A DNA stretch of 64,000 nucleotides, from contig OY760937.1 of NCBI GenBank assembly GCA_963664225.1, forward strand, positions 1,728,001-1,792,000. Direction: 5' to 3'. The stretch is from Verrucomicrobiia bacterium. Lineage in GTDB: Bacteria > Verrucomicrobiota > Verrucomicrobiia > Limisphaerales > UBA1319. A program made the translations under genes and the position numbers. This document shows, one piece after another, positions 20,043-29,722 of the stretch (the stretch's first letter is position 1; every line of letters begins with the position of its first letter). Under the pieces are notes generated by a model. That model was not told where the DNA came from. It worked only from the letters and a program-made list of their open reading frames with translations, and searched no databases.

Positions 20043-21413
20043 TCAAGACCAGTATTCGCGCGGATCGGTGATTTTGCCCGTCAACGCGCTGGCGGCCACC
20101 GTGGCCGGAGAGGCGAGGAACACCTGCGAATCCTTGTGCCCCATGCGACCGGGGAAATTACGGTTGGTGGCGCTGATGCACTTGAGCGGCGCATTCATGC
20201 GACCGAACGTATCCACCGGCCCGCCCAGACAGGCGGCGCATCCGGCGTTCTCGGTCATCTGCACACCGGCGGCCACGAGAATCTCCCACAGAGTCTGTTC
20301 GCCCCAGCGGGTCGATTGCAGATCGTGTGCGATCTCGGGCGTGGCGGGCACGCCAAAGGTGTCGATGGCCACATGTTTGCCGCGAACGATGCGGGCGAAA
20401 TCCAGGAAATCGCTCGTTTTGCCCCCCGTACAGGACCCGATGTAAGCGCGGTCCAGTTTGATATGGCCCAATTCCTTGGCCAGCTTGCGTTGACCGGGAT
20501 CGGGATGGCAGGCCACCGTTGGCTCGAGCTTGTCCAGATTGATGGTCAACTCGGAATAAAACTTCTCGTTGCCCGAACGTTCCACCGGTTCATAGGTCGA
20601 TTTGGTGCCGTTTAACTTGCAGCGCCAATCGACATAGGCCCTGGTCTGGTCGTCGAACTCGAAAATTCCGTTCTTGCCGCCGGCCTCGATCGCCATGTTC
20701 GCGATCGTCATGCGGTCGTCCATGGTGAGACCGGCCGCGCCGGGACCGTCGAACTGCATAGCGCGGTAGGTGGCGCCGTCGAAGCCGACGGTGCCGATGC
20801 AATCCAGGATCACATCCTTGGCCATCACGCCGGGCTGGAGTTTGCCTTCGAGCCGGAAATGCATGGTGGCGGGAACCTTGAGCAAGAGCTTTCCCGTGCC
20901 CATCACGAAGCCTGCGTCCGTGTTTCCAATGCCGGTCGCGAATTGGTTGAATGCGCCCGCCATGCACGTGTGGGAATCCGTGCCGAACAGCACTTCGCCC
21001 GGACGGGTATGGCCCTTCTGGGGCAGCGCCGCGTGGCAGACGCCCGCGTAACGGGAGCCGAACTGGCGCTTCTGAGCCCCTTTGGCCACATCGAACACCC
21101 AATGCCCGTTGGGATCGTCAATCACGTCGTAGAAATAGGGCAGGCCCTGTTCCTTTGAAAACTCGCGCAACAGATCCACATTGCGGTTTGATTTGCTGTC
21201 GGCGGTGAAAATGTAGTGATCGGGCATGATCACAATTTTCTGCCGATCCCACACCTTCGCGTTCGCGCCGAATTCGCGCTTGAACACACCGATGGTGCCC
21301 GGACCGCAGACATCGTGGGTCATGAGCACATCCGCGCTGACCCAGACATTATCGCCAGCTTCCACGCGCGCCCTGCCCGATGCCCGCGCCAATATTTTCT
21401 CTGTAAGCGTCAT
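20043..21413 (-). CDS. leuC: 3-isopropylmalate dehydratase/homoaconitase large subunit
   Basis: MTLTEKIL, GTDSHT, GSCTGG, CAACLG, TNRNFPGRMG; no small subunit adjacent. Confidence 0.85.
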   Translation of the reverse strand: MTLTEKILARASGRARVEAGDNVWVSADVLMTHDVCGPGTIGVFKREFGANAKVWDRQKIVIMPDHYIFTADSKSNRNVDLLREFSKEQGLPYFYDVIDDPNGHWVFDVAKGAQKRQFGSRYAGVCHAALPQKGHTRPGEVLFGTDSHTCMAGAFNQFATGIGNTDAGFVMGTGKLLLKVPATMHFRLEGKLQPGVMAKDVILDCIGTVGFDGATYRAMQFDGPGAAGLTMDDRMTIANMAIEAGGKNGIFEFDDQTRAYVDWRCKLNGTKSTYEPVERSGNEKFYSELTINLDKLEPTVACHPDPGQRKLAKELGHIKLDRAYIGSCTGGKTSDFLDFARIVRGKHVAIDTFGVPATPEIAHDLQSTRWGEQTLWEILVAAGVQMTENAGCAACLGGPVDTFGRMNAPLKCISATNRNFPGRMGHKDSQVFLASPATVAASALTGKITDPREYWS

Positions 21414-21762
21414 AAACTACAGGGGAATCTATCGGACCCTCCGTCCGACTGCAACTGGGGAAAAATGGACGAAAATCGCTTTCAAGCTTCCGATCTCAAG
21501 CAATCAAACGGTTTCATGGTTTGAATTGGAGTTGAGACAGGATGTGGAGGATGAACAGGATTGAGGGGATGCCAGCGGCGTGAATTCTCCTCGAAAAGTG
21601 CAAACAGGGGCGCGACGTCCTCGATTTATTTTGGCCCAGTGATATTGCCTTGTTCAGGAAGCCATTTCAGGTATTATCGTTAAATAATCCACTGGAGGCC
21701 CGGTTTGTTTCCGGTGTTTGAGTTTCGGACAAAACGCACGTTTAGAACGGAATCAAAAATTT

Positions 21763-21981
21763 ATGTCGCTTTGGCAAATCTTCGTCTCGGTCTTCAGCAT
21801 TAGCTTTGCCGTGTTCATTTTGTGGATGCTTGTTGATTGTATTCGGAACGAGGAGGACAAGAATGAGCGCGTGATTTCAGCGATGCTTATTTTGTTTTGC
21901 GGTTTTATTTACGCTCCGGTTTATTTTGTGCAGCGGCATCTTCCAAGGCGTGAAGAGATGAAGAAGCGATTGCACCCCTGA
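21763..21981 (+). CDS. Small membrane protein, PLDc N-terminal-like
   Basis: LWMLVDCIRNE..K pattern with two TM helices. Confidence 0.6.
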   Translation: MSLWQIFVSVFSISFAVFILWMLVDCIRNEEDKNERVISAMLILFCGFIYAPVYFVQRHLPRREEMKKRLHP

Positions 21982-22036
21982 CAGTTCCTTCTCCCGGCGC
22001 TTGGCTTTCTGATTCAAACATGGTTTAATCCAAGGC

Positions 22037-22813
22037 ATGGGATTGCCAAAGCACAAGCCGGTTCCGCTCAAGACATTGGTCGAATATTGTGACCGGATGC
22101 TCGAAATTGAGGGATTCGCCGATTGGCCGGGCGCGGTCAACGGCCTCCAGATGGAGAACGGCGGACAGGTGACGCGGATCGTTGCCGCCGTCGATGCGAG
22201 TCTCGAAGTGGCCCGGTGCGCAGTGGAGGCGAAGGCGGATCTTTTACTGGTGCACCACGGTCTGTTCTGGGGCGAACCCCGGCCGTGGACCGGTGGGCGG
22301 TATGAGTTGATGCGGTTGCTCTGCGAGAACAAGGTGGCCGTTTATAGCGCACATCTGCCTCTGGACGCGCATCCCAAACTTGGGAACAACGCCCTGCTTT
22401 GCGCGGCGCTAGGTTTCAAGCGGTTGACCCCGTTCTTTACCGAAAAAGGGCGTGCCCTTGGTTTTCAAACCATCATGGACATCCCGCTGTCTGATTTAAC
22501 CGTGAACCTCACCCAGGCAGTGGGGGCGACCCCTGTGGTGCTGGCGTGCGGTCCGGAACGTTGTCGGCGGATTGGCGTGGTGACGGGGGGCGCGGGAGGG
22601 GAACTCCGCCAGGCCGTTTCCGAGGGGATCGACACGTTCATCACCGGCGAGGGACCGCACTGGTCTTACGCGCTGGCGCAGGAACTGGGCGTTAACGTGC
22701 TCTATGGCGGTCATTACGCCACCGAGACTTTTGGGGTCAAGGCGCTGGCGGCGCATCTGGCCGCGCGCTACGGCCTGCCGTGGGCGTTCATCGATCAACC
22801 GAGCGGTTTGTAA
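22037..22813 (+). CDS. Nif3-like dinuclear metal centre protein
   Basis: NGLQ, VHHGLFW, AHLPLDAHP, GGHYATE. Confidence 0.92.
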   Translation: MGLPKHKPVPLKTLVEYCDRMLEIEGFADWPGAVNGLQMENGGQVTRIVAAVDASLEVARCAVEAKADLLLVHHGLFWGEPRPWTGGRYELMRLLCENKVAVYSAHLPLDAHPKLGNNALLCAALGFKRLTPFFTEKGRALGFQTIMDIPLSDLTVNLTQAVGATPVVLACGPERCRRIGVVTGGAGGELRQAVSEGIDTFITGEGPHWSYALAQELGVNVLYGGHYATETFGVKALAAHLAARYGLPWAFIDQPSGL

Positions 22814-22914
22814 TGTACGCCGATACGCTTTGACGGTTCGGAGGGGCTGGCCCATATTTGCAGCGCAATATTTTACGCGCGGGAAAAAACGTGTTAAATT
22901 TGGCGCTGGATTAA

Positions 22915-24276
22915 ATGGCTGACCTGATTACAGAAACGGAAACAAGCGGATCGTCCTCCACGGGAACCCTTGGCGGTTCCTATCGATCAGTGCCGGTGCC
23001 CAAGGGGGTTGGGTTCTGGCGAAAAATGCTGGCTTTCAGCGGACCTGGCTACCTGGTGGCGGTGGGTTACATGGATCCCGGCAACTGGGCCACAGACCTC
23101 GCGGGAGGATCCCGGTTCGGCTACACCCTGTTGAGCGTGGTGCTGCTCTCGAGCATCATGGCCATTATCTTGCAGACGCTGGCGGCCAGGCTCGGAATTG
23201 TCACCGGACGCGACCTGGCGCAAGCCTGCCACGATCAATATTCACCCGCCGTATCCATGGCGCTGTGGATCATGTGCGAGGTCGCCATTTGCGCCTGCGA
23301 CCTGGCCGAAGTCATCGGATCGGCCATCGCCCTCAAGCTCTTATTCAACATCCCATTGGTGTGGGGCGTTTGCATCACCGTGCTGGATGTATTCGGCATT
23401 CTGTATCTGGAGAAGAAAGGTTTTCGTTATATGGAAGCCCTGGTGGTGGTGCTAATTCTGACGATTGGCGGGTGTTTCCTGGCCATCATATTGATGTCGC
23501 ATCCCTCCATCAGCAGTCTGCTCAGCGGATTCATCCCGCGCACCGAGGTGGTGACAAATCCCGTCATGCTCTACATGGCCATCGGCATTCTGGGGGCCAC
23601 GGTCATGCCGCATAATTTGTATCTGCATTCCTCCCTGGTCCAAACCCGCAAATTCGACCAGGACAACGCGGGCCGGATCGAGGCCATGCGTTTCGCCACC
23701 CTGGACGTCGTGGTGGCGTTGGGCACGGCGTTGTTCATCAATGCGGCCATCCTGATCGTGGCCGCGGCCACTTTTCATGTGAACGGACAGCAAAACGTGG
23801 CGGAAATCCAGGACGCCCACAAGATGCTTGCGCCGATTTTGGGAACGCAGGTCGCGGGCATTTTGTTCGCGCTGGCCCTGCTGGCGTCCGGCCAGAACTC
23901 CACGCTCACCGGCACACTGGCCGGGCAGATCGTCATGGAAGGCTTTTTGAATCTGCGGATGCGGCCGTGGTTGCGGCGGTTGATCACCCGCCTGATCGCC
24001 GTGGTGCCTGCGGTCATCGCCAGCGCCATCTATGGCGAAAGCGGCACGGCCAAGCTGCTGATCTTCAGCCAGGTGATCCTCAGCATCCAGCTCTCCTTCG
24101 CCGTGGTGCCCCTGGTCATGTTCACGAGCAACCGGCGCATGATGGGGCGTTTTGTGAGCCCCTGGTGGTTGCAGGGGCTGGCTTGGCTGGTAACCGCCGC
24201 CGTGGTGATTTTAAATGTAAAGCTCCTGATGGATTTCGTGGGTGTCAGCGAATGGCTGACCGCCTTGATGAAGTAA
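22915..24276 (+). CDS. mntH: Nramp divalent metal transporter
   Basis: YMDPGN and MPHNLYLHS motifs. Confidence 0.93.
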   Translation: MADLITETETSGSSSTGTLGGSYRSVPVPKGVGFWRKMLAFSGPGYLVAVGYMDPGNWATDLAGGSRFGYTLLSVVLLSSIMAIILQTLAARLGIVTGRDLAQACHDQYSPAVSMALWIMCEVAICACDLAEVIGSAIALKLLFNIPLVWGVCITVLDVFGILYLEKKGFRYMEALVVVLILTIGGCFLAIILMSHPSISSLLSGFIPRTEVVTNPVMLYMAIGILGATVMPHNLYLHSSLVQTRKFDQDNAGRIEAMRFATLDVVVALGTALFINAAILIVAAATFHVNGQQNVAEIQDAHKMLAPILGTQVAGILFALALLASGQNSTLTGTLAGQIVMEGFLNLRMRPWLRRLITRLIAVVPAVIASAIYGESGTAKLLIFSQVILSIQLSFAVVPLVMFTSNRRMMGRFVSPWWLQGLAWLVTAAVVILNVKLLMDFVGVSEWLTALMK

Positions 24277-24288
24277 CTCCCGCCACTT

Positions 24289-24717
24289 ATGTATAAAAAA
24301 ATCCTCGTCGCCCTCGATAATACGCATGCGGACGAAAGTCTCCTCCCGCATGTGGCGCGGATGGCGGCAATATGCGGCGCGGAACTGCTCCTGGTGCACG
24401 TGGCGGATGGCTGGGCCGCGCGCAATTACGAGCGCTTTCAATTGCAGGAGTCCGAGGAGATGAAAACCGACCGCGCCTACCTGGACCAAAAGGCGGAGGA
24501 ACTCCGTGCCCAGGGATTGAATGCCACCGCGCAGCTCGCGCTTGGAAATCCGCCCGAAGAGATTCTGAAAATATCCGAGATCGAGAATTGCGACCTCATC
24601 GCGATGACCACCCATGGGCACCGGTTCCTGGGGGATTTGCTTTACGGAAGCACCATTTCAAAGGTTCGGCATCACGCGCAGGTTCCCCTCCTGATCGTCC
24701 GCGCGCAGAAGGTTTAA
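24289..24717 (+). CDS. Universal stress protein
   Basis: MYKKILVALD...DLIAM..HG......GS......PLLIV. Confidence 0.9.
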   Translation: MYKKILVALDNTHADESLLPHVARMAAICGAELLLVHVADGWAARNYERFQLQESEEMKTDRAYLDQKAEELRAQGLNATAQLALGNPPEEILKISEIENCDLIAMTTHGHRFLGDLLYGSTISKVRHHAQVPLLIVRAQKV

Positions 24718-24993
24718 GCCCCTCGCAAATATTCATCCCCCGAGAAGGATAGGATGAAACTGATGGTGCTGCAGAGACTGTTGAAACAGGAGTTGGGCTC
24801 ACCGTGTGGCAATGATCCATTGTGACCTTGCCTCCGTACGGCGTCCGGCATTATCCACCCGGAGCAATCCTGTAGGCGTTGAAGCAAATTCGCATCCCGG
24901 CGTTGTCGCACGATCCGAATCAGCCCACGGACGTGCTGAAGGTCGATGTGGACGAGGACGGCAACGGCGGCGGTAAAGAAATTGGTGAGGTGT

Positions 24994-25086
24994 GATCAAC
25001 GCTCCGACTCAGGCACGCTGGGCCAATGATGTTCTGCTGCCAACTGAGACGCGATCCCAGCGTTGCCTGCAGCCGGTTTGTTGGAC
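24994..25086 (-). other. attC site
   Basis: R'' GTCCAAC, caggcaacgctggg/cccagcgtgcctg arms, R' GTTGATC. Confidence 0.85.
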
Positions 25087-25090
25087 TGCC

Positions 25091-25480
25091 TCACTCAAGC
25101 TCGCTTTCTTTCAATGCCATCTTCATCGGCACTCCAGCATCCGCAATTTGGCGTATCATGCCAGCCTGAGCCGAGTTCGCCACATGATTGGTAGCATCAA
25201 CGAACAACACTACTGCGGCACTGACCCTCTTGAAGCGTGCACACTCCGACTTTAATTCATCTGCGGTCATATACTTCTTGTTCACAAATACGGCACCCGT
25301 CGCATCGATCTTGACCTTGGCCCACTCCGAGACTGAGGGTGCGGGTGAACCTGCGGACTGCCCCGGGAATACTCCGCTGCTTTGGTTCGCAGGGGCTTCG
25401 GAGTTGGTTGACTGGGTCTCCTGTTTGCACCCGGCAACCACAAAAAGCACAGCGCATCCTATTAGTAATGGGATTTTCAT
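25091..25480 (-). CDS. Cassette-borne lipoprotein with ExbD/TolR-like C-terminal fold
   Basis: VVAGC lipobox; VKIDATGAVFVN...ADEL pattern; bounded by attC sites. Confidence 0.65.
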   Translation of the reverse strand: MKIPLLIGCAVLFVVAGCKQETQSTNSEAPANQSSGVFPGQSAGSPAPSVSEWAKVKIDATGAVFVNKKYMTADELKSECARFKRVSAAVVLFVDATNHVANSAQAGMIRQIADAGVPMKMALKESELE

Positions 25481-25495
25481 ATGATATTTATTCGT

Positions 25496-25561
25496 GTCCA
25501 ATGCTCAAGGTGACCCACGAGCGTCCGCAGGGCGCGAGTTGGGTCCACCGTATGGTTGGAA
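25496..25561 (-). other. attC site with degenerate R'
   Basis: R'' TTCCAAC, ggtggaccca/tgggtcacc arms, R' ATTGGAC. Confidence 0.75.
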
Positions 25562-25981
25562 CTTTCGTCTATGTCGAACGAGGTCTCTCTTGATCCCAAA
25601 GACAACTAACGACGGCAAAATGAGTGCCACCAGGCCACATGAGATGATCTCATTCTTCAGAAGCGCGTCAGGAGCTTCGAGAACTGATGTTCTTGGAGCG
25701 TCCGGATCGAAGAAGACAACCAGCGCAACGCTGGGTCGGAGTTTGCCGCGTTCTGGATTCGGCATGCCCGTTTGTGTCTGACCCGTGTAAACACGATTCT
25801 TTACAGTATATTGGTAGCGAACCGTTTTGTGGAAGCTGACCGTCGCTTCGGTCACAGCACCCTGGCAGTGACTCGCGTGTTTCGTGAGCCGCCAGAATGT
25901 GGGAATATTCAAGCTGCCTGTCCCGACCGCCGTGATGAGCGCAAGAATCGGCCAAAATGTGATGAGGACGCCTCTATTCAT
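25505..25981 (-). CDS. Cassette-borne membrane protein, DUF3592-like
   Basis: TM helix, beta domain (VRYQYTV....TG, VFFDPDAP.TSVL), second TM; ORF reads into the attC. Confidence 0.6.
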   Translation of the reverse strand: MNRGVLITFWPILALITAVGTGSLNIPTFWRLTKHASHCQGAVTEATVSFHKTVRYQYTVKNRVYTGQTQTGMPNPERGKLRPSVALVVFFDPDAPRTSVLEAPDALLKNEIISCGLVALILPSLVVFGIKRDLVRHRRKFQPYGGPNSRPADARGSP

Positions 25982-25989
25982 GTGCCTTG

Positions 25990-26048
25990 GCCCAACGCCA
26001 ACGTCAGCGTTGGGGCGGAACCCCATTCGTTGCGCCGCCTGGTTCGGC
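25990..26048 (-). other. Degenerate attC site
   Basis: R'' GCCGAAC ... R' GTTGGGC between two cassette ORFs; arms pair poorly. Confidence 0.5.
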
Positions 26049-26591
26049 TTTTATCGGCCAGTACCTGGCATCACGCGTAAGAACCAGCTCCCCGTTTTTA
26101 TACACTGACAATCGTGAGAATGACTCCGTGTCCGAATAGGTTCCCACAGAAATCTCCATAAATTCTCCATGTGCGCCAGATGATGCGGTGAGCCGCTTTT
26201 CGGGGTACACAACAACTGTGCTCACTGCAAGACTGCCGCCGGTAATCCCCCAGGACTTTATGGCCGAAGCCTTCTCATCATATGCTATGACGGCGCGCAG
26301 GGGCTCTTTGACGTATTGGGAGTCCATGCTGCACACGATATATTTGCCGCCAATCGTTTTCATGGTCACCACGGATTCTTCTGTGAAGGCCCGGCCGTCC
26401 CGGAGCTTGAAAGCAGAGCTGCACTTGGCAACCTTCCAGAATGGCAACGATGCCAGTTCAGTGCGCAGCGCGTTGGTGTCACCAGGGGCCGCGACCAAGG
26501 TATTGAATTGCTCTAGTGTCATCGGATCCTGACCCCGCGCGACGCCCGCGATAAGCAACACCGAGAAGTAAATAAGTAAAGTTGTTTTCAT
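26004..26591 (-). CDS. Cassette-borne secreted hypothetical protein (195 aa)
   Basis: Signal peptide MKTTLLIYFSVLLIAGVARG; follows the attI-like leader. Confidence 0.7.
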   Translation of the reverse strand: MKTTLLIYFSVLLIAGVARGQDPMTLEQFNTLVAAPGDTNALRTELASLPFWKVAKCSSAFKLRDGRAFTEESVVTMKTIGGKYIVCSMDSQYVKEPLRAVIAYDEKASAIKSWGITGGSLAVSTVVVYPEKRLTASSGAHGEFMEISVGTYSDTESFSRLSVYKNGELVLTRDARYWPIKAEPGGATNGVPPQR

Positions 26592-26609
26592 AATGCGATT
26601 AAAGTGACA

Positions 26610-26812
26610 TACCGTCTTTGATTATGCGCCGAGCAACTCGTATCTTGGACCGGGCAGAGTCCATTCTCAATTCGTCGCATATACGGAGTTTAAACCCTTT
26701 TCCAATGTTGGTCAATGTCAGAGGTTTGCCCACGCCGCTCGCTGGCCGACGTGGGAGTGAGCGGGCTGGGAGACATTGAGGCAGATTGTCCGTAAATCAG
26801 AATACCGCGAGT
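26610..26812 (-). promoter_or_regulatory. Diverged attI-like leader, homolog of 8490-8694
   Basis: Shared blocks caatgtctcccagcccgc, ttgacc...aaaagggtttaaa, atgcgacgaatt.agaatgga, cgcat..tcaaag; GTT core degenerate. Confidence 0.55.
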
Positions 26813-27113
26813 TTATAAAAGGATACGAAATTGAATGGGACGAACGCCATGTATGGGACTGATCCAACTCCTACAGAGTTGGGGGGGGGTATGCGCAACC
26901 CGGGGTAGCTCGTTCCTCGCAACCCCGGTCTGAATGATTTAATCCCTTCGGGATAATGGAATGGGAATCCGGAGCCGAAACGATTGAATGGAGATTATAC
27001 CGCCACCATATCCGCCAGACCGGAACTGGACACGCCACGATTCCGGATGCGTATCACCCATGCAACCCTGAGTGGAATGCAATCATCCAGCGCCGGGTCG
27101 CGAGGCACGAGCT
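26778..27113. repeat. tnpA 3' remnant plus REP unit (inverted relative to the 6251 array) and a partial opposing REP
   Basis: Plus strand encodes KSEYREFIKGYEIEWDERHVWD*, followed by the same three hairpins and linker. Confidence 0.85.
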
Positions 27114-27148
27114 TTATTCCGACAGCTCAGAAAACACGAAAGCAGTTT

Positions 27149-27664
27149 TTATTTGCTGACTGTCGGGGAATAGCTGGCATGCAGCGTGAACTGTGCGTGG
27201 TTGTCCAGCGTTGGGAACCGTCCATGTCGCAGCCGGTCCCAATTCAAGCGGAGATTGTATTTCACCCGTCCCGTGACGGACCGATACCCTGTGGGTCTGT
27301 ATCCCCACACCACCGGAACTCTCCACTCTTGCGCGGCTGCCGGTGCCACGACAGAAAACACGTCAGCCCCGCCCGATGCCAACTCACTGCCGCCGCTGCG
27401 CGGAATCCGCAAGTCTGGCCATGCGCCGTCCGACTTCGCTTGAACCGGACAAATACAGTAGTAAATGCTCATCCGGCTCTCGTTGGTCACGCTGAAGGAG
27501 GCCACCAATCCACGTATCGGATCGTTGGTTGTACCATGGAGCGAAATCGGAAAGTTCCCGAGAGGCTCGGCTGCGCCGTGCCAGCAAACCAACGCCACAG
27601 CCGCCAACATCAAGACGGCGACCGCGCTCCAAACCCAAATCCATCTGACCTTCGCGCGCGACAT
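27149..27664 (-). CDS. Cassette protein, duplicate of 9523-10038
   Basis: Near-identical 171 aa translation. Confidence 0.7.
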   Translation of the reverse strand: MSRAKVRWIWVWSAVAVLMLAAVALVCWHGAAEPLGNFPISLHGTTNDPIRGLVASFSVTNESRMSIYYCICPVQAKSDGAWPDLRIPRSGGSELASGGADVFSVVAPAAAQEWRVPVVWGYRPTGYRSVTGRVKYNLRLNWDRLRHGRFPTLDNHAQFTLHASYSPTVSK

Positions 27665-27673
27665 ATAAAAGCG

Positions 27674-27752
27674 GGCTATCGTTCAGGCTCAGGCACAGCC
27701 GACATGCCAACCGAAGCGCTTGACGGCTACTGCCTGGAGCGTTTTGTTAACC
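27674..27752 (-). other. attC site with degenerate R'
   Basis: R'' GGTTAAC, ctccaggca/tgcctgag arms, R' GATAGCC. Confidence 0.75.
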
Positions 27753-28034
27753 AACTCTGGTTTCATATCTCTTCCGCATATTGTCAACCATCCTAAGTGT
27801 CCGTATGTCTGACTCATACTTGAAGGCAAGACAAGTACACAATACGCCAAAAATGGCGAAACCTCCCATACCGTGCCCGCTCAATTCCAAGCACGCCGCG
27901 ACCGCGATGACCAGGAGCCCGCCAAAATAATAGGCCGAGCGAGAACTCTCCAGAAGGTCCAAAGCCGCAGCCCGCTGCTTGTCATCGTCTGCAAGATGCA
28001 CAAACTTGTCATCGGGGGTGGTAAAGAATTTCAT
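27747..28034 (-). CDS. Cassette protein, duplicate of 9153-9440
   Basis: 95 aa; differs only at the last residue. Confidence 0.7.
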   Translation of the reverse strand: MKFFTTPDDKFVHLADDDKQRAAALDLLESSRSAYYFGGLLVIAVAACLELSGHGMGGFAIFGVLCTCLAFKYESDIRTLRMVDNMRKRYETRVG

Positions 28035-28051
28035 AGTGCGTGATGTATAGC

Positions 28052-28177
28052 GGTTAACGTTCTGACTCACCGACTGGCGCCGTAAACGGGAGCTGCCAGC
28101 GAATGCAACGCCCGAAGAACCCGGCGCATCGAAACTGCAACGCTTGGCGGCAGTTCAGTGTGGTGAACTGGTTGAAC
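28052..28177 (-). other. attC site
   Basis: Copy of 9010-9135. Confidence 0.7.
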
Positions 28178-28184
28178 TTCGGTT

Positions 28185-28481
28185 TCATACGGGTGCGAGG
28201 CCGAAAAGGAGGAAGAGCACAAGCAGGGCCACCACCGTCCATCGCCACGCGGGCTCGTGTCTGCGGTACGAGGCGAACAGGCATGCCACGGCGCTGGCAG
28301 CGAGCGCCCAAGCAGGGTAAATAAACCATCCACCTCGATGGGCAAACTGCCGAAAAACCTCATGGTCGCCACTATGCCAAGCCTGAAAAGACTCGTTAAG
28401 TTGAGACCGTCCCCGAAGCACCATAAGCAGTGCCCCGAACATCAGAATTAGGGACAGCAGGAACATGGAGCGCGCTTTCAT
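28185..28481 (-). CDS. Cassette protein, duplicate of 8706-9002
   Basis: Near-identical 98 aa translation. Confidence 0.7.
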   Translation of the reverse strand: MKARSMFLLSLILMFGALLMVLRGRSQLNESFQAWHSGDHEVFRQFAHRGGWFIYPAWALAASAVACLFASYRRHEPAWRWTVVALLVLFLLFGLAPV

Positions 28482-28492
28482 ACCGATCACAA

Positions 28493-28606
28493 GCCCAACT
28501 TTAACAATGCGACCAGCGGTTCGTGAATTGGACCGGCCGGAATCCATTCTTAATTCGTCGCATGTATGGGATTTAAGCCCTTTTCCACTGCAGGTCAACA
28601 ATCGGA
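28493..28606 (-). promoter_or_regulatory. attI-like leader, copy of 8581-8694
   Basis: Near-identical, with GTTGGGC core. Confidence 0.55.
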
Positions 28607-28630
28607 ACAGGTCGCGCACAATGCCGGATG

Positions 28631-28747
28631 CGTCCCATCCGCGCAATCCTGTAGGGTTGCAATCTTTCAGCCCCGGGTCGCGAGGAACGAGCCACCCGGG
28701 GTCATCGTCCACCCTCCATAATTTCCCCAACGCAGTAAACGTTGAAT
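28631..28747. repeat. Diverged REP unit
   Basis: gcaatcctgtagggttgc; ccccgggtcgcgaggaacgagccacccgggg; caacgcagtaaacgttg. Confidence 0.7.
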
Positions 28748-28820
28748 CAAATTCGCATCCGGCATTGCAGCGCGATCTGAATCGGCCAGAGGGCGTGATG
28801 AGTGACTTCGACGCGGCTTC

Positions 28821-28889
28821 GTTCAACCCGTGAAAGCAAATAATCCTTCGCTCCGCTCCGGATTATCTACATTCCTTTTTTTGTTGGGC
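28821..28889 (-). other. Possible attC site
   Basis: R'' GCCCAAC, ataatcc/ggattat arms, R' GTTGAAC at the gene end. Confidence 0.5.
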
Positions 28890-29540
28890 GGCTCGCATTT
28901 CACGTCGATAACGCATCATGACCAGATGGATGCAAGGTGGCACTGCTAGAAGCAAACCCACCACGGCAATGATACAGGCGAGAGAATGCGAACATAAATG
29001 CACAAAAAGGCCGCTGATGCTGGTCCTCTGCGACAACCTAATCCGTAGGCTCGGCTTCGTCGCATCGATAGCAGCCATCGGCTTGTCGTTCTGAAATGAA
29101 ATCTCATAGTTCTTGCCGACTTCGCCCGTGAACGTGAGCGTGTGATATGCAACTTTCTCAGCATAAAAAGCTGTGTCTGGATTAGGCGAAATCCCCTCGG
29201 CGAGAATATTCCCATCACAAATGATGCTTTGCCTAACCGGAATATGAGTCGGAAGGTCACGAATCACTCCGGGTGCATTCGTTCTCGGACATACGACATC
29301 AACCCAATAAACGCCCTTGAATGCCACGGTGAACCCGTTGGTAAAAGAGAAATCCCCATCATAACGAATGCTCTTCTCAAAGGCAGGTTTGGCCATCCGC
29401 TCATTACGCGATGCTAACTGCCAAACTAATACTGCTGTCACTAACGATAAAAGCGCGAGAACTGTGAACACAATCGTTGAGGATTTCAGTCCCAACATGG
29501 GTTCTGACGTCATCGGATGGTCTGTTGTGAAAACATTCAT
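28863..29540 (-). CDS. Cassette-like membrane protein with N- and C-terminal TM helices; start uncertain
   Basis: Lower-GC ORF directly after a GTTAGGT core (29554-29560). Confidence 0.65.
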   Translation of the reverse strand: MNVFTTDHPMTSEPMLGLKSSTIVFTVLALLSLVTAVLVWQLASRNERMAKPAFEKSIRYDGDFSFTNGFTVAFKGVYWVDVVCPRTNAPGVIRDLPTHIPVRQSIICDGNILAEGISPNPDTAFYAEKVAYHTLTFTGEVGKNYEISFQNDKPMAAIDATKPSLRIRLSQRTSISGLFVHLCSHSLACIIAVVGLLLAVPPCIHLVMMRYRREMRAAQQKKECR

Positions 29541-29553
29541 GACATCCACTGCC

Positions 29554-29705
29554 ACCTAACATTAAGCAGTGTATGCGCCGCACCCTAGGTTGCAAGCGCG
29601 CAGACTTGTCCAGAGCCTCACGAGGGCATGGCGCAGACATTGCTTAACGTTGGTCAACATCAGAGCTTCTGACCACCCCGCTGGCTGGCCGGTTTGGGAG
29701 CGGAG
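29554..29705 (-). promoter_or_regulatory. Third type of attI-like leader
   Basis: Shares ctccc..accggccag.cagcggggtgg.ca.aagctc.gat..ttgacc with 8545-8594; tgcgcc/ggcgca inverted repeat; GTTAGGT core. Confidence 0.45.
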
Positions 29706-29722
29706 AGCAGAGGGCGGGTCGC

